A stretch of 64,000 bases of DNA from an uncultured virus (IMG/VR IMGVR_UViG_3300028577_000007). Taxonomy: Duplodnaviria > Heunggongvirae > Uroviricota > Caudoviricetes. Under the pieces are notes generated by a model that worked only from the letters and a program-made list of their open reading frames with translations, made no database searches and was not told the DNA's origin. The translations under genes and the position numbers were made by a program. Of the stretch, positions 9,998 to 18,529 are shown in pieces (the stretch's first letter is position 1; each line of letters begins with the position of its first letter). The DNA lies in IMG/VR virus record IMGVR_UViG_3300028577_000007; one strand, written 5' to 3'.

Positions 9998-10305
9998 TCA
10001 ACCCCAATAACCCTGAGTCCCCTGCACTAAGGGCACCGCGGTGCCCCGCACCACGCCAGGAACGACTGTCGCGGGGATGCTCGACGGCGTCGCCGTCGAT
10101 CTGGCGACTGTCGGAGTCGCGATGGGCGCCGAGCAAGCCGCCGCTGTCCAACTCGGGCACATGTTGGCTCCTCCCATGCGGAGCAGCAGGAACATCGTTA
10201 CCCCCCCCCTAACGCGCCAGCAGCCATGAGAGCGGGGCCCTTGTTGCGGCACAGCGCGGCGCCCGCGACAGCGCCCGAGAGCAGGAACGGATATTGGGGA
10301 AGCAT
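9998..10305 (-). pseudogene. Small membrane protein split at a G9 homopolymer (10201-10209)
   Basis: MLPQYPFLL...GALGGG-stop; one more G joins it in frame to VTMFLLLRMGG...QGYWG. Confidence 0.6.
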
Positions 10306-10319
10306 CGGTTTGTTTCCCT

Positions 10320-10715
10320 TCAGGCGAGTAGTCCCGCCACGAACGCTTGCGCAATGAGCCCAGAATTCTGGGACGAGCCTTGTTGCAAAATCCCCGCCCC
10401 TGTCCCATCCCCGAACGTCACGACGTAGTCTTGCTGGGGGTTGGCGGCGTTCTGCACGAGCGCGATGAGCCCCGCCTTCTGGCCCGAGGCATTGGCTTGC
10501 TGCTGCCACTGCGTGATGGTGAGCGTGAGACCGGTCGGGTTCTTGGGACCGGGCGGGACAGTCATCGAGGCAGCCCCTGGCCCCGGGACGGGCGGGCCTG
10601 CTGCAGGCGCGGCAGCACCGGGGAGCACGGCTGCTTGCGCTTCCGAGTGCTTCAGGAGCAGGTACCCGACGCCGACGACGGCGCCGCCAATCAAGAGCAT
10701 TTTTCCGATTCCCAT
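10320..10715 (-). CDS. Membrane protein with N-terminal TM helix
   Basis: Start ATG 10715 MGIGKMLLIGGAVVGVGYLLLK. Confidence 0.65.
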   Translation of the reverse strand: MGIGKMLLIGGAVVGVGYLLLKHSEAQAAVLPGAAAPAAGPPVPGPGAASMTVPPGPKNPTGLTLTITQWQQQANASGQKAGLIALVQNAANPQQDYVVTFGDGTGAGILQQGSSQNSGLIAQAFVAGLLA

Positions 10716-10725
10716 GGCCGACTCC

Positions 10726-10944
10726 CTATCCAAAGTGCTTCGTGACGTGATGGCCGTACTTGATGCCGACGACGGCGCCCGCGCCGAGCGCGAGCACGAT
10801 CCAGGCCCAGCTCGGGATCCCGGCCGCCATCTCGGCCTCGCCGAGACCGACGGCGCGACCGGCAAGCTTCAGGGGGTTCGCGTCGATCTTCATCGCGGCC
10901 GACGCGATCTTCTCGAAGTCCCCGGGGCTCATCACGAAGTCCAT
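10726..10944 (-). CDS. Small tail-anchored membrane protein
   Basis: 72 aa, WAWIVLALGAGAVVGIKY. Confidence 0.6.
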   Translation of the reverse strand: MDFVMSPGDFEKIASAAMKIDANPLKLAGRAVGLGEAEMAAGIPSWAWIVLALGAGAVVGIKYGHHVTKHFG

Positions 10945-10945
10945 C

Positions 10946-11152
10946 TCAGGTGACGAGCCTCCGTGATTTCGGCTGCAGCGTGCCCCAGAAGATGTAGGCG
11001 ACGGTGCCGATGGCAGCGCCCCAGATGAGTAGCGTCGTGGTGGACATGGGCGCGGGCGTTACCACGGCGGCGTTCGGGGGGCTCGCGTCTCCGTAGCCCC
11101 GCATGCCGCAGCCGCAGCCCTCCGTTCCACGCAGCGCGACGATGCCGGCCAT
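10946..11152 (-). CDS. Small tail-anchored protein with MRGYG motif
   Basis: 68 aa, MRGYGD, C-terminal TM plus basic tail. Confidence 0.6.
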   Translation of the reverse strand: MAGIVALRGTEGCGCGMRGYGDASPPNAAVVTPAPMSTTTLLIWGAAIGTVAYIFWGTLQPKSRRLVT

Positions 11153-12045
11153 CAGGATGCCCTCTTGCGATTGACAGCGTAGCGGTACGCGAGGACCGCC
11201 GCTCCCGCGCCGAGGCTGACGAGGAGCACCGCCTTCAGGTTGTCAGATCCCGAGCTCGCGGCTGCCGCCTGAGTCACGGCAGGCGCTGTCGGGAGCACGG
11301 GCGGCGACGGGAGCACGAGGCTCGGCAGCGGCGCCGTCGGCGAGACAGCGGGCGTCGCCGGGATCGTGGTCTGCACGGCGGGCGTCTGGGGCACCGCGAT
11401 AGGGCTCTTCGAGAGCTGCTGGGTGAGCGCGCCCGGGAATGAGCCGCTCGCCGGGTGCGCGCGATCGGTCGAAGCCGGCGCGAGCTGCACGATGTAGCTC
11501 AAGACGCCGCTGACCCGCGCCGCGGCGTAGTTGAGCGAGGTCGGGCCCGTCTTCGGATCGGAGGCGTCGCGGAGCCTCAGCCAGTAGAGAAAATAGATCT
11601 GCGGCGTGCCCGCGGTGTCGAGCTGCGCGTAGACGCCTTCAGTGTGATCGTACGCAAACGGCGTCCCCTCGAAGGCGCTACCCACCGCGTCCATGCGCGT
11701 CAGCACCGGCGAGATGACCGCCAGCGTATCGACCTCGGCGCTCGCGGTGTTCGCGACGGCGACGAGCTGAAAGTCGCTGACGGCGTAGGCCTGGTAGTCC
11801 TTCGCGGGCGTCGCTTCGGTCCAAGCCGCGTCTCCGGTCTGCGTCGCCCATTCGGTGTACACGAGCGACGGCTGCGGACTCACGATCGAGATGAGCGTCT
11901 GATCGGCGAAGGTGAGCGCGCTGTCGTCCGCGCCGAGGCCTGACAGATCGTTTCGGAAGTAGGAGGAGCCGAAGCGGATCACAGCGCTGCTCCCCGCGAT
12001 AGAACCGAGGGAGAGCAACCGTGGCACCCTGTCAGGACGCGCCAC
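11152..12045 (-). CDS. Tail-anchored putative virion protein (GLG motif)
   Basis: LSGLGADD; Pro/Thr linker; TM followed by RKR. Confidence 0.7.
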   Translation of the reverse strand: MARPDRVPRLLSLGSIAGSSAVIRFGSSYFRNDLSGLGADDSALTFADQTLISIVSPQPSLVYTEWATQTGDAAWTEATPAKDYQAYAVSDFQLVAVANTASAEVDTLAVISPVLTRMDAVGSAFEGTPFAYDHTEGVYAQLDTAGTPQIYFLYWLRLRDASDPKTGPTSLNYAAARVSGVLSYIVQLAPASTDRAHPASGSFPGALTQQLSKSPIAVPQTPAVQTTIPATPAVSPTAPLPSLVLPSPPVLPTAPAVTQAAAASSGSDNLKAVLLVSLGAGAAVLAYRYAVNRKRAS

Positions 12046-12140
12046 CGCCTAGTGAGGTTTTCATCTCCTCGGTTGGGGTAACGCGGTTCGGGGGGGGACA
12101 CGGTTGCTCTCTCTCAGAAGGTGTGGGTGGGCGGGCGCGC

Positions 12141-12983
12141 TCAGACGCCGCCTGACTTCGTGATGCAGGGCGCGATGGCTTTCTGCATCTCGAAGAGGTG
12201 TTGGTCGGGCAGCATGAAGCCGAAGACTTCCGCTTCGAAGAACGCGAGCGGGATCTGCACCGCGCGAAACACCGTGCAGCTCAGGATCAGATCTTCGTTC
12301 GAGTGAAGGATCCAGGGAGCGGGTACGTGGAGGAGCCCCTGGCGCGTGTGGCGCTGGGGCATGAGCGAGAGAGCGTTGCCGGTCGCGCCTTGCGCTTGCG
12401 TCGCGCGGGCGGCCGCGAAGACATCGTCGGAGGCGAGGCCCGCGGGCGTGCCCGGGATGAGGCCGAGGTTCGGCATGGACTGGTAGGCGGAGTTCGATTT
12501 GTCGAAGGGCGGGATGGGGTTCAGCTCGTAGCGAAAGTTCCCCTGACGATTGGAGTTCGCTTGGATGTCCCAGCCTACTTGCGTCGGCAAGCGGTTGTTC
12601 TCGAGCTCGACGAAGTCTCCCGCGGCGCACCCGCTCGGGCGATAGATCGCAAAGCGCGTGTCGAGCACGACGAAGCCCATGTTCTTCGGGACGTGCACCG
12701 TACCCACCTCGAACTGACACGGCTGGTTCGGGGAGGCGGTGAAGATCCCGTCGATCGGCAGCCTGCGAAACACCGCCTCGAACGGCACGATCGAGTCGGG
12801 CTTCAGGTAGCTGCCGAGCTGGCCGCCGGCGAGCATCACGCGATCGGCCGTGCACGGCGTCATCACCCCTCCCTCGAACGGCGACGGGAAGGCGGCGCCG
12901 ATGTTCGATTGGGCGAAGTGGGGATTCGAGCGAGCGAGCTCCGCGAAGCCCGCACGCTGCTCGATACTGAAAGGCCGGGTCAT
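12141..12983 (-). CDS. Beta-rich putative capsid-associated protein
   Basis: 280 aa, no TM, alternating hydrophobic strands; co-transcribed with putative MCP. Confidence 0.5.
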   Translation of the reverse strand: MTRPFSIEQRAGFAELARSNPHFAQSNIGAAFPSPFEGGVMTPCTADRVMLAGGQLGSYLKPDSIVPFEAVFRRLPIDGIFTASPNQPCQFEVGTVHVPKNMGFVVLDTRFAIYRPSGCAAGDFVELENNRLPTQVGWDIQANSNRQGNFRYELNPIPPFDKSNSAYQSMPNLGLIPGTPAGLASDDVFAAARATQAQGATGNALSLMPQRHTRQGLLHVPAPWILHSNEDLILSCTVFRAVQIPLAFFEAEVFGFMLPDQHLFEMQKAIAPCITKSGGV

Positions 12984-12994
12984 GGCCTATCCTA

Positions 12995-13954
12995 TCAGTA
13001 CGGTCCCGAGCCGGCAGGTTGAATGATGCGGTACCCGTGGAAGCCGATGATCAAGATCCCGTCGGGGAGGCGCGTGATGGAGTCGGTGCTGCCAGCCGCA
13101 GTGAGCGCCTGGTCGTTCACGCCTTCCATGTAGTCCCAGCCGGAGGCGAGGAAGGGGAAGTTCGCGTTCGAGGACGCGAACGACTGGATGTTGCCGTAGG
13201 AGGGGTTGTTGATGTGGAGCGGCTGCACATTGAACGTCAGCGTCTCCCCTCGCTCGAACACGTCCAAGGCCCCGAGCTCGAAGGGGGCGTTGATCTGCGG
13301 CGTCCAGAAGGCGGAGGGGACTTCGATGTTCGAGCGCGGGAAGGAGGAGCCCGCGTTCAGGAACTGAATCGTGTAGTCCGACTCCATCGTGCGGAAGGGC
13401 GATCCGTTCGAAGGGGAGAGGACGTGGGGCGCGCCCGTACCCGGGAAGGGCACCGATTGCGTCACCTCTTGGCGCGGCATCCCGTCCATCAGATCCCACA
13501 TCGAATGGATGGGGCGCTGGCGGCCGTAGGAGCGGCCGTAGAAGCTTGCCTTGGCGCCCGAGAGCGGATCGGTGCGCTGCACCTGGTACTGGCTGATGAA
13601 GGTGGCGACGCGGCTGACCGCGACGAAGGGGCCTTCCTGCGAGACCAAGATCGATCCCTGCTGCACCGAGTTGATGTTGGCGCCGATCGGGATCCGCACC
13701 AGCATATCGAACGGCACCCGGCGACCGGGGATGTTCTCGATGTACTGGATGTTCGGGGGGCCGCCACCGCCTGAGCGGCTGACGGTGAAGTTCTTCTGGA
13801 TGTCGTCGAGACGCTTGTTGACGGCGTCGAAGGCCTTCGAGTGGCCTTGCGCGACCGCAAGCGCTTGGTTTGCGGACTGGGATGCGTCTCGAGCGGCGCC
13901 GGCAGCGTAGCTTACTTGCCGGGCGAGATCTCGCGGATCGATATTCTGAGTCAT
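12995..13954 (-). CDS. Putative second capsid protein (N-terminal helix plus beta-rich domain)
   Basis: 319 aa; directly downstream of putative MCP; strand-like C-terminus ILIIGFHGYRI. Confidence 0.5.
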   Translation of the reverse strand: MTQNIDPRDLARQVSYAAGAARDASQSANQALAVAQGHSKAFDAVNKRLDDIQKNFTVSRSGGGGPPNIQYIENIPGRRVPFDMLVRIPIGANINSVQQGSILVSQEGPFVAVSRVATFISQYQVQRTDPLSGAKASFYGRSYGRQRPIHSMWDLMDGMPRQEVTQSVPFPGTGAPHVLSPSNGSPFRTMESDYTIQFLNAGSSFPRSNIEVPSAFWTPQINAPFELGALDVFERGETLTFNVQPLHINNPSYGNIQSFASSNANFPFLASGWDYMEGVNDQALTAAGSTDSITRLPDGILIIGFHGYRIIQPAGSGPY

Positions 13955-14077
13955 GGGGAACTGTGCCTTCAGCTGAGCCGTGGCTCAGAAGCGGAAGTAC
14001 CTCGCTGAAGGAGCGAGTGCCTCCGGACTTGAGACAGTCGTCACCCGAGCGCGAGGAGCGCTCAGGCGGGGAAGGCC

Positions 14078-14108
14078 CCGAGCCGAGGATGTCCGTCCCT
14101 CGGCTCGG
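14078..14108 (-). terminator. 11-bp GC hairpin downstream of putative MCP (terminator or mRNA stabiliser)
   Basis: ccgagccgagg...cctcggctcgg perfect inverted repeat; no U-tract. Confidence 0.5.
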
Positions 14109-14123
14109 TACCTTGCGGGTCCC

Positions 14124-15636
14124 TTACTGAACGTCTCGAGAGAAGAGACCATCGAACGTGAACGTCACGACCTTGTTGATCGCGTCGATCGCGTTGAGGT
14201 TGTCGCGCAGGCTCAGCATGTTGCGCTGACCCTGGCTCGTCCCGGCGATGCTCGTGTTGGGATCCGAGGGCAAGGCGTAGATGTTCGCCGTGCACTTGAT
14301 GTTCTGGCGCGGGGGGATGAGGATCGCGCGAGCGAGCCGCAAGATGCCCGAGTGGCCATCCGTGCCAGAGTTCTGCATGTGGATGAGGTCGGTCGCGCCG
14401 CCGAGCTGAGCCGACAGACCGCCGCCGGTCGGGAAGTACCAGGTCGGCATGTTGGTGATCGAGAACTTCTCGCCGGTGCCGAAGCTCCAGTGAAGTTGCT
14501 CTTCCGTCTGCCAGTGCAGGCGAAACACGTCCTGAATCTGACCCGGGGCTTGGCCGACGGCCGCGCCAGAACCGGTCCACAGATCCAGAGCGCCGTAGTC
14601 ACCGTTGAGGGCGAGCTCGCCGTCCACGCCGCCATCGACACGCAGGATGGAGTTTCTGTACCAGCTGAACACGCGCAACGCCAAGACGACGTGCGACTGA
14701 TCAGAGGGCAGCGTGCTGCCGTTCTGGAGGTTGGTGGTGGCGGGCGTGCGGACGGTGCCCGAGCCTCCGAAGAGGTCGGTTTGGTCTTGCACGGTACCTT
14801 GGGTGTAGCCCGCGGTACGGATGAGGGTGTCCCAGACAAATGTTACGCTGGCCGTTTAAACCAGCTCTCCGGATTTCTCCGGAGTATCGGACCATATCAC
14901 CAGCTTCGGCTCAGTTGAGCGAGGCTGCCGGGCACTCTTGGGGCGGATTATCGGTGGAGCTCACCGCCCTGGCCTCTACGCCTTCCGTACCCTGATCGAT
15001 GACTCGATCTCCCGGTACGGCTTGGCTCGGGATTACCTCGCGGAGGAACTCTCGTACCTCTGCAGGGGCTTCCCCGCCATTTTTCTTGATCGCGCTCATC
15101 GACTCGAGCACGACCTGATCGAAGGGGGTGCGGTGGTATTGCTTGACCTCGCAGGCCTTGCGCATGAACCACACGACGATCGACGCCTCATCGCGCTTGG
15201 CAGTGAGGTGCGGCAAGAGCAACTCGGTCACCTTCAGAAGCTCATGCTTCCTTTGGATCTCCAGCCACCACTGCCAGCGTGTCGCTCGCGTTCCCTTCCA
15301 GACTTTCCGCATCTTCTTGTGACCTACACCGTGCGCGGTGAGGATCCTGGAGATCCGGTCCATCATGGGCTTCGAAGTGTTGCAGATCACGAGCCAGATG
15401 GCGTAGCTCGTGCGGCTTCCCCGTCGCTCGCCGCTTTGGCGCGTGAGGGGACGCTTGACGCTGAAGCAGCCTTCACCGTCTACGATGCCTGCCAACCAGG
15501 CGAGATCTGTGTCACTCGAAGTCATCAGAAAAACAGTTTGATTAACCCGGTTCTGCACCTCGGGATCGCTCCCGAGGGCCGCCCTTCAGTTTGACGGTTG
15601 GTGGACGCGCTCTCGGATAGAAACGACTTTGGCCAT
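14124..15636 (-). CDS. Putative major capsid protein, 251 aa after splicing (exon1 15636-15594, exon2 14836-14124)
   Basis: Joining CAA CCG T to TC TGG GAC gives MAKVVSIRERVHQPFWDTLIRT...TNLQNGSTLPSDQSHVVLALRV...FDGLFSRDVQ; purine-rich RBS; capsid role inferred from size, beta-rich pattern and position. Confidence 0.65.
14837..15593 (-). mobile_element. Group I intron (757 nt) with homing endonuclease
   Basis: Exon ends in U, intron ends in G; P1 CCGUC/GGCGG with U.G at splice site; core-like elements AATGGCGGGGAAGCC, GGTAATCCCGAGCCAAGC, GAAGGCGTAGAGGCCAG, GATATGGTCCGA; splicing restores the frame. Confidence 0.9.
14911..15558 (-). CDS. Single-motif LAGLIDADG homing endonuclease (intron-encoded)
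   Basis: LAWLAGIVDGEGCF motif; LLPHLTAKR; C-terminus overlaps the ribozyme core. Confidence 0.9.
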   Translation of the reverse strand: MQNRVNQTVFLMTSSDTDLAWLAGIVDGEGCFSVKRPLTRQSGERRGSRTSYAIWLVICNTSKPMMDRISRILTAHGVGHKKMRKVWKGTRATRWQWWLEIQRKHELLKVTELLLPHLTAKRDEASIVVWFMRKACEVKQYHRTPFDQVVLESMSAIKKNGGEAPAEVREFLREVIPSQAVPGDRVIDQGTEGVEARAVSSTDNPPQECPAASLN

Positions 15637-15783
15637 TGATTTTCTTCCTTCGTGTCGGGCTACCGTGATTTAAAAGAGGCCTGGTTCCTCTTCGGCCCGA
15701 ACAACGCCCTAAGCCCGGGTCTCTGGTTTTCCAGAGATGCCGGGCCCGGGGCGCGCATCACCCTAGCGGGTGACTCTTCTCTC

Positions 15784-17886
15784 TCAGCCGAAGACCCCTT
15801 GACCGCCGTCGGTCTGGAGGATGCCGGCCGGCACCATCTCGGTCGCGCTCTGAGGAGCAGAGATCGAGCGGGTTCCTGCCCAGATTTGCCCGTTCGAGGA
15901 GCCTGGGATCCAGGTGCTGGAGGTCGGCAGAGTCGACACGTCACCGAAGCCGGCAGCGGCCTCGTACGACGGGAGGGCTCCAACGCCCGCCGCCGCTTCC
16001 GCGATGGTGAGCTCGCGATCGAGATCGCCGTGCGGATCGACGTGGTTCGTGTTCGTGGCCTCACGCGCGCCCATACCGGCCGCTGCCTCAGCGAAATCCG
16101 GGTTCGCCCCGTACCCCGCTGCAGCTTCGTACGCTGGGAGCGATCCGAGCCCATTCACGCCGCTCGAGAAGTACTCGCCGAGCCCGTTCACGCCCGAGGA
16201 GAAGTACTCTCCAAGGCCGTTCACGCCGCTCGAGAAGTACTCACCCATGCCGCGCCCGATGGACTGGTACCGCGGCTGGAGCGAGGTGCCCGCGCCGAGA
16301 CCGTACATCGCGCTCAGGCGTGCGGCCGTGCCGTCACCCGCCAGCATGTCGACATGCGTTGGCGCAAACTTCATGAGCGCCGCCGTGAGCAAGGAGGTCG
16401 CGAAGCTGACCGCGATGCCGGTCATGACGGTGTTTCGGGTGCCCGGATCCTTGATGAGCTTCGCCGAGGCGAAGACACCGAGGCCCGCGACGAGGCCCGC
16501 GCCGATGAGCTTCTGGTAGGCCGGATCGAGATTGATCAGACCGAGACCCGAAGTCGCAGGCGCGACCACCGCTGCCGTCGTGGGGCTCGTCTGGACGACC
16601 GTTGCCGGCGCCCCGAAGATCTTGCCCATGACGTTGTTCACGAGGAGGTTCGTCAGCACCTTGTGGCCGACGAAGCCGAGGAGCGCGATGCCGCCCGTCT
16701 TCCCAATGAATATCAGCGTGTCGCCGATGCCGTTCTTCCGGAACATCCGGCGACCGTTCCGGCGGTGCCGGCGACGGTTCGAGGACATCCGACGACGCGA
16801 ACGACGCTTGTTCGGGCTCAGACGAGCTCGCGATCGACGCCGACGATTACTCGACAGGCGACGACGGCTCGAGCGCCGACGACGATTCGGGCGAAGCTTC
16901 GCTACCGCACGACGGCGGCGTCGAGCCGCGACGGCCGACTTCTTCCTCGACAACTTCCTTCGCTTGCCGCCCGCTCGGCGCTTCTTCGACGAACGACGAC
17001 GCTTTCGCTTCGGCGCGACCGCGGAGGCCTTCCGGCGGCTCTTGCGGCGCTTCTTCTTCGAGAACGAAGTCGGCGCGTAGCGCTTCTTCCGGGTACGCCA
17101 GCCACGCTTGGCGCCGATGCTCGTGCCCTTGTTGCGGCGCAGCCGACGGCGGCGACGATTGGCTTTCAGCACGGTCTTCTTCGCGCGACGACGCTTCCGC
17201 TTCGGCGCGGCGGTCTTCTTCGCGACCCGACGACGACGCTTGACCGTGCGGCGCTTGGCCACACGCTTCCTCGGTGCGGAGCGCCGAGCGCTCTTCTTGC
17301 GGCGGACTTTTCGACGAGCCATGGTGCTTTTCCTTGTCACTTTCTTGGGCGCCTTCGCTCGGCGCCGAGATGTCGGGGCTTTCGCCTTCTTCTTCTTTTT
17401 CGGCTTGGACTTCGATCGGGCTCGGGTGGCCGAAGCCCCCCACGGATCTCGATGACGAGAGGCCGCTCGTTCCCAGCGGCGCTCTTGCGACGGGGAGGCC
17501 AGCACCAGAGAAGCGTGCCGGACCTCGTTTCTCCGCATGCGGCGCACGACGTAGCCCGAAGACGCGCGCTTCACGCGGCGAGCATTCTTGTGGAGGCTCT
17601 GCCCCTTGCCCTTCGCGGCCCGCATCCTCTTCGCGAACGCGCGCTTCTTCGCGTCCGACAGACTCGAGCGAGCGGCGGCGGGGCGGCGGTTCGCGGAGAG
17701 CCCGCTCATCGTGCGGCGCGCCGACCGGTAGCTACCCCGGCCATTGATGGCCGCGATGTGCGTCACGCCCCCGTTGGCCGCGAAGCGCGGGCCGTTCCGG
17801 CGGTGCGCGCGGGAGCTCGGGGGCCGGGTATAGCCGTACGCCTTTACAGCGTTCTTTTTGATGCGGTATGCGCGCCCAATAGCCAT
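15784..17886 (-). CDS. 700-aa Arg/Lys-rich (protamine-like) core protein fused to TM helices and a GLG-repeat tail
   Basis: About 380-aa very basic N-part punctuated by hydrophobic-x-x-N; three or four hydrophobic helices; (GLGEYFSSGVN) repeats; AAAG(Y/M/V/F)G repeats. Confidence 0.8.
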   Translation of the reverse strand: MAIGRAYRIKKNAVKAYGYTRPPSSRAHRRNGPRFAANGGVTHIAAINGRGSYRSARRTMSGLSANRRPAAARSSLSDAKKRAFAKRMRAAKGKGQSLHKNARRVKRASSGYVVRRMRRNEVRHASLVLASPSQERRWERAASRHRDPWGASATRARSKSKPKKKKKAKAPTSRRRAKAPKKVTRKSTMARRKVRRKKSARRSAPRKRVAKRRTVKRRRRVAKKTAAPKRKRRRAKKTVLKANRRRRRLRRNKGTSIGAKRGWRTRKKRYAPTSFSKKKRRKSRRKASAVAPKRKRRRSSKKRRAGGKRRKLSRKKSAVAARRRRRAVAKLRPNRRRRSSRRRLSSNRRRRSRARLSPNKRRSRRRMSSNRRRHRRNGRRMFRKNGIGDTLIFIGKTGGIALLGFVGHKVLTNLLVNNVMGKIFGAPATVVQTSPTTAAVVAPATSGLGLINLDPAYQKLIGAGLVAGLGVFASAKLIKDPGTRNTVMTGIAVSFATSLLTAALMKFAPTHVDMLAGDGTAARLSAMYGLGAGTSLQPRYQSIGRGMGEYFSSGVNGLGEYFSSGVNGLGEYFSSGVNGLGSLPAYEAAAGYGANPDFAEAAAGMGAREATNTNHVDPHGDLDRELTIAEAAAGVGALPSYEAAAGFGDVSTLPTSSTWIPGSSNGQIWAGTRSISAPQSATEMVPAGILQTDGGQGVFG
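16148..16250. repeat. 33-nt tandem repeat x3 encoding G(L/M)GEYFSSGVN
   Basis: Three copies of ttcacgcc(gctc/cgag)gagaagtactc. Confidence 0.85.
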
Positions 17887-17938
17887 CGTCAGGACAGACC
17901 TCTGCGCTCCCTTCAGAGCGCTCTAGCGGTCCTGACGA
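17886..17938 (-). promoter_or_regulatory. Hairpin covering the RBS and start of the core-protein gene
   Basis: tcgtcaggac (17886-17895) and gtcctgacga (17929-17938) form a perfect 10-bp inverted repeat; inner GCGCTC/GAGCGC stem. Confidence 0.6.
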
Positions 17939-17966
17939 ACCCGGCTAAACCGTTGCGGTGATTGGA

Positions 17967-18000
17967 AGCCTAAAAGACCCCGTAATCTTCGTCAACTTTT
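17967..18000 (-). promoter_or_regulatory. Sigma70-like promoter (AAAAG TTGACG-N17-TAGGCT) for core/capsid genes
   Basis: -35 at 17990-17995, -10 at 17967-17972. Confidence 0.7.
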
Positions 18001-18055
18001 TGAGAAGGGCGTGTGCGCTTTTTTCTGAGGATCACGCGATCCAGCAAGAAAAAGG

Positions 18056-18529
18056 CTATTTCCGCACGACGAGGTAGGCGACGAGGCAGCAGGCACCGAT
18101 CGCGAAGTAGGCGTTCGGCTTGGGCATGCGTGCGCGCCGTTGATCCAAGATGCCCTGCACCACTCGACCGGGCTCGGCGCGCTGCTGGGCGTTCACGGAA
18201 GATTGCGTGAGGACGAGCGTCGGGTTTACCTGCGGGAACGGCGGATACGACGTGTCGCCCGCTGGCGGGTAGGGCGCGAGCGGAGTCGCGCTCCAGGCGG
18301 GGCGAAGCTTGGAGAGCGCGATCACGTAGGACGCCATCGACTTCTCGTAAGTCACTTGGGTCTGAGCGGTCGCGATGATCTGACTCATGGCGTCCGCGAT
18401 CGTCGCAGGCGGCGGTGCGCTCTGCGCGGACGTAAGCGGTACCGATCGCGCTGGGATGATGGCGGACGCTTGGTTTGCGACGGGCGAGGGAGCCGCGGGA
18501 CCGAGTGAGCGAGTGATCGCTTGCGTCAT
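18056..18529 (-). CDS. Tail-anchored putative virion protein
   Basis: Pro-rich; ends AYFAIGACCLVAYLVVRK. Confidence 0.65.
   Translation of the reverse strand: MTQAITRSLGPAAPSPVANQASAIIPARSVPLTSAQSAPPPATIADAMSQIIATAQTQVTYEKSMASYVIALSKLRPAWSATPLAPYPPAGDTSYPPFPQVNPTLVLTQSSVNAQQRAEPGRVVQGILDQRRARMPKPNAYFAIGACCLVAYLVVRK

Noticed and set aside
14911..15558. LAGLIDADG ORF as an intein or free-standing gene
   Set aside because: Exon 1 frame hits a stop, there are no Cys/His-Asn splice residues, and group I RNA elements flank it
17209..17214. GG flank as a definitive PAM
   Set aside because: Only two protospacers in a GC-rich genome, and the first G equals the first base of the repeat; could be chance
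15652..17961. 769-aa plus-strand ORF
   Set aside because: Antisense shadow of the core-protein gene; high GC suppresses stops; the minus gene has a promoter and coherent domain structure
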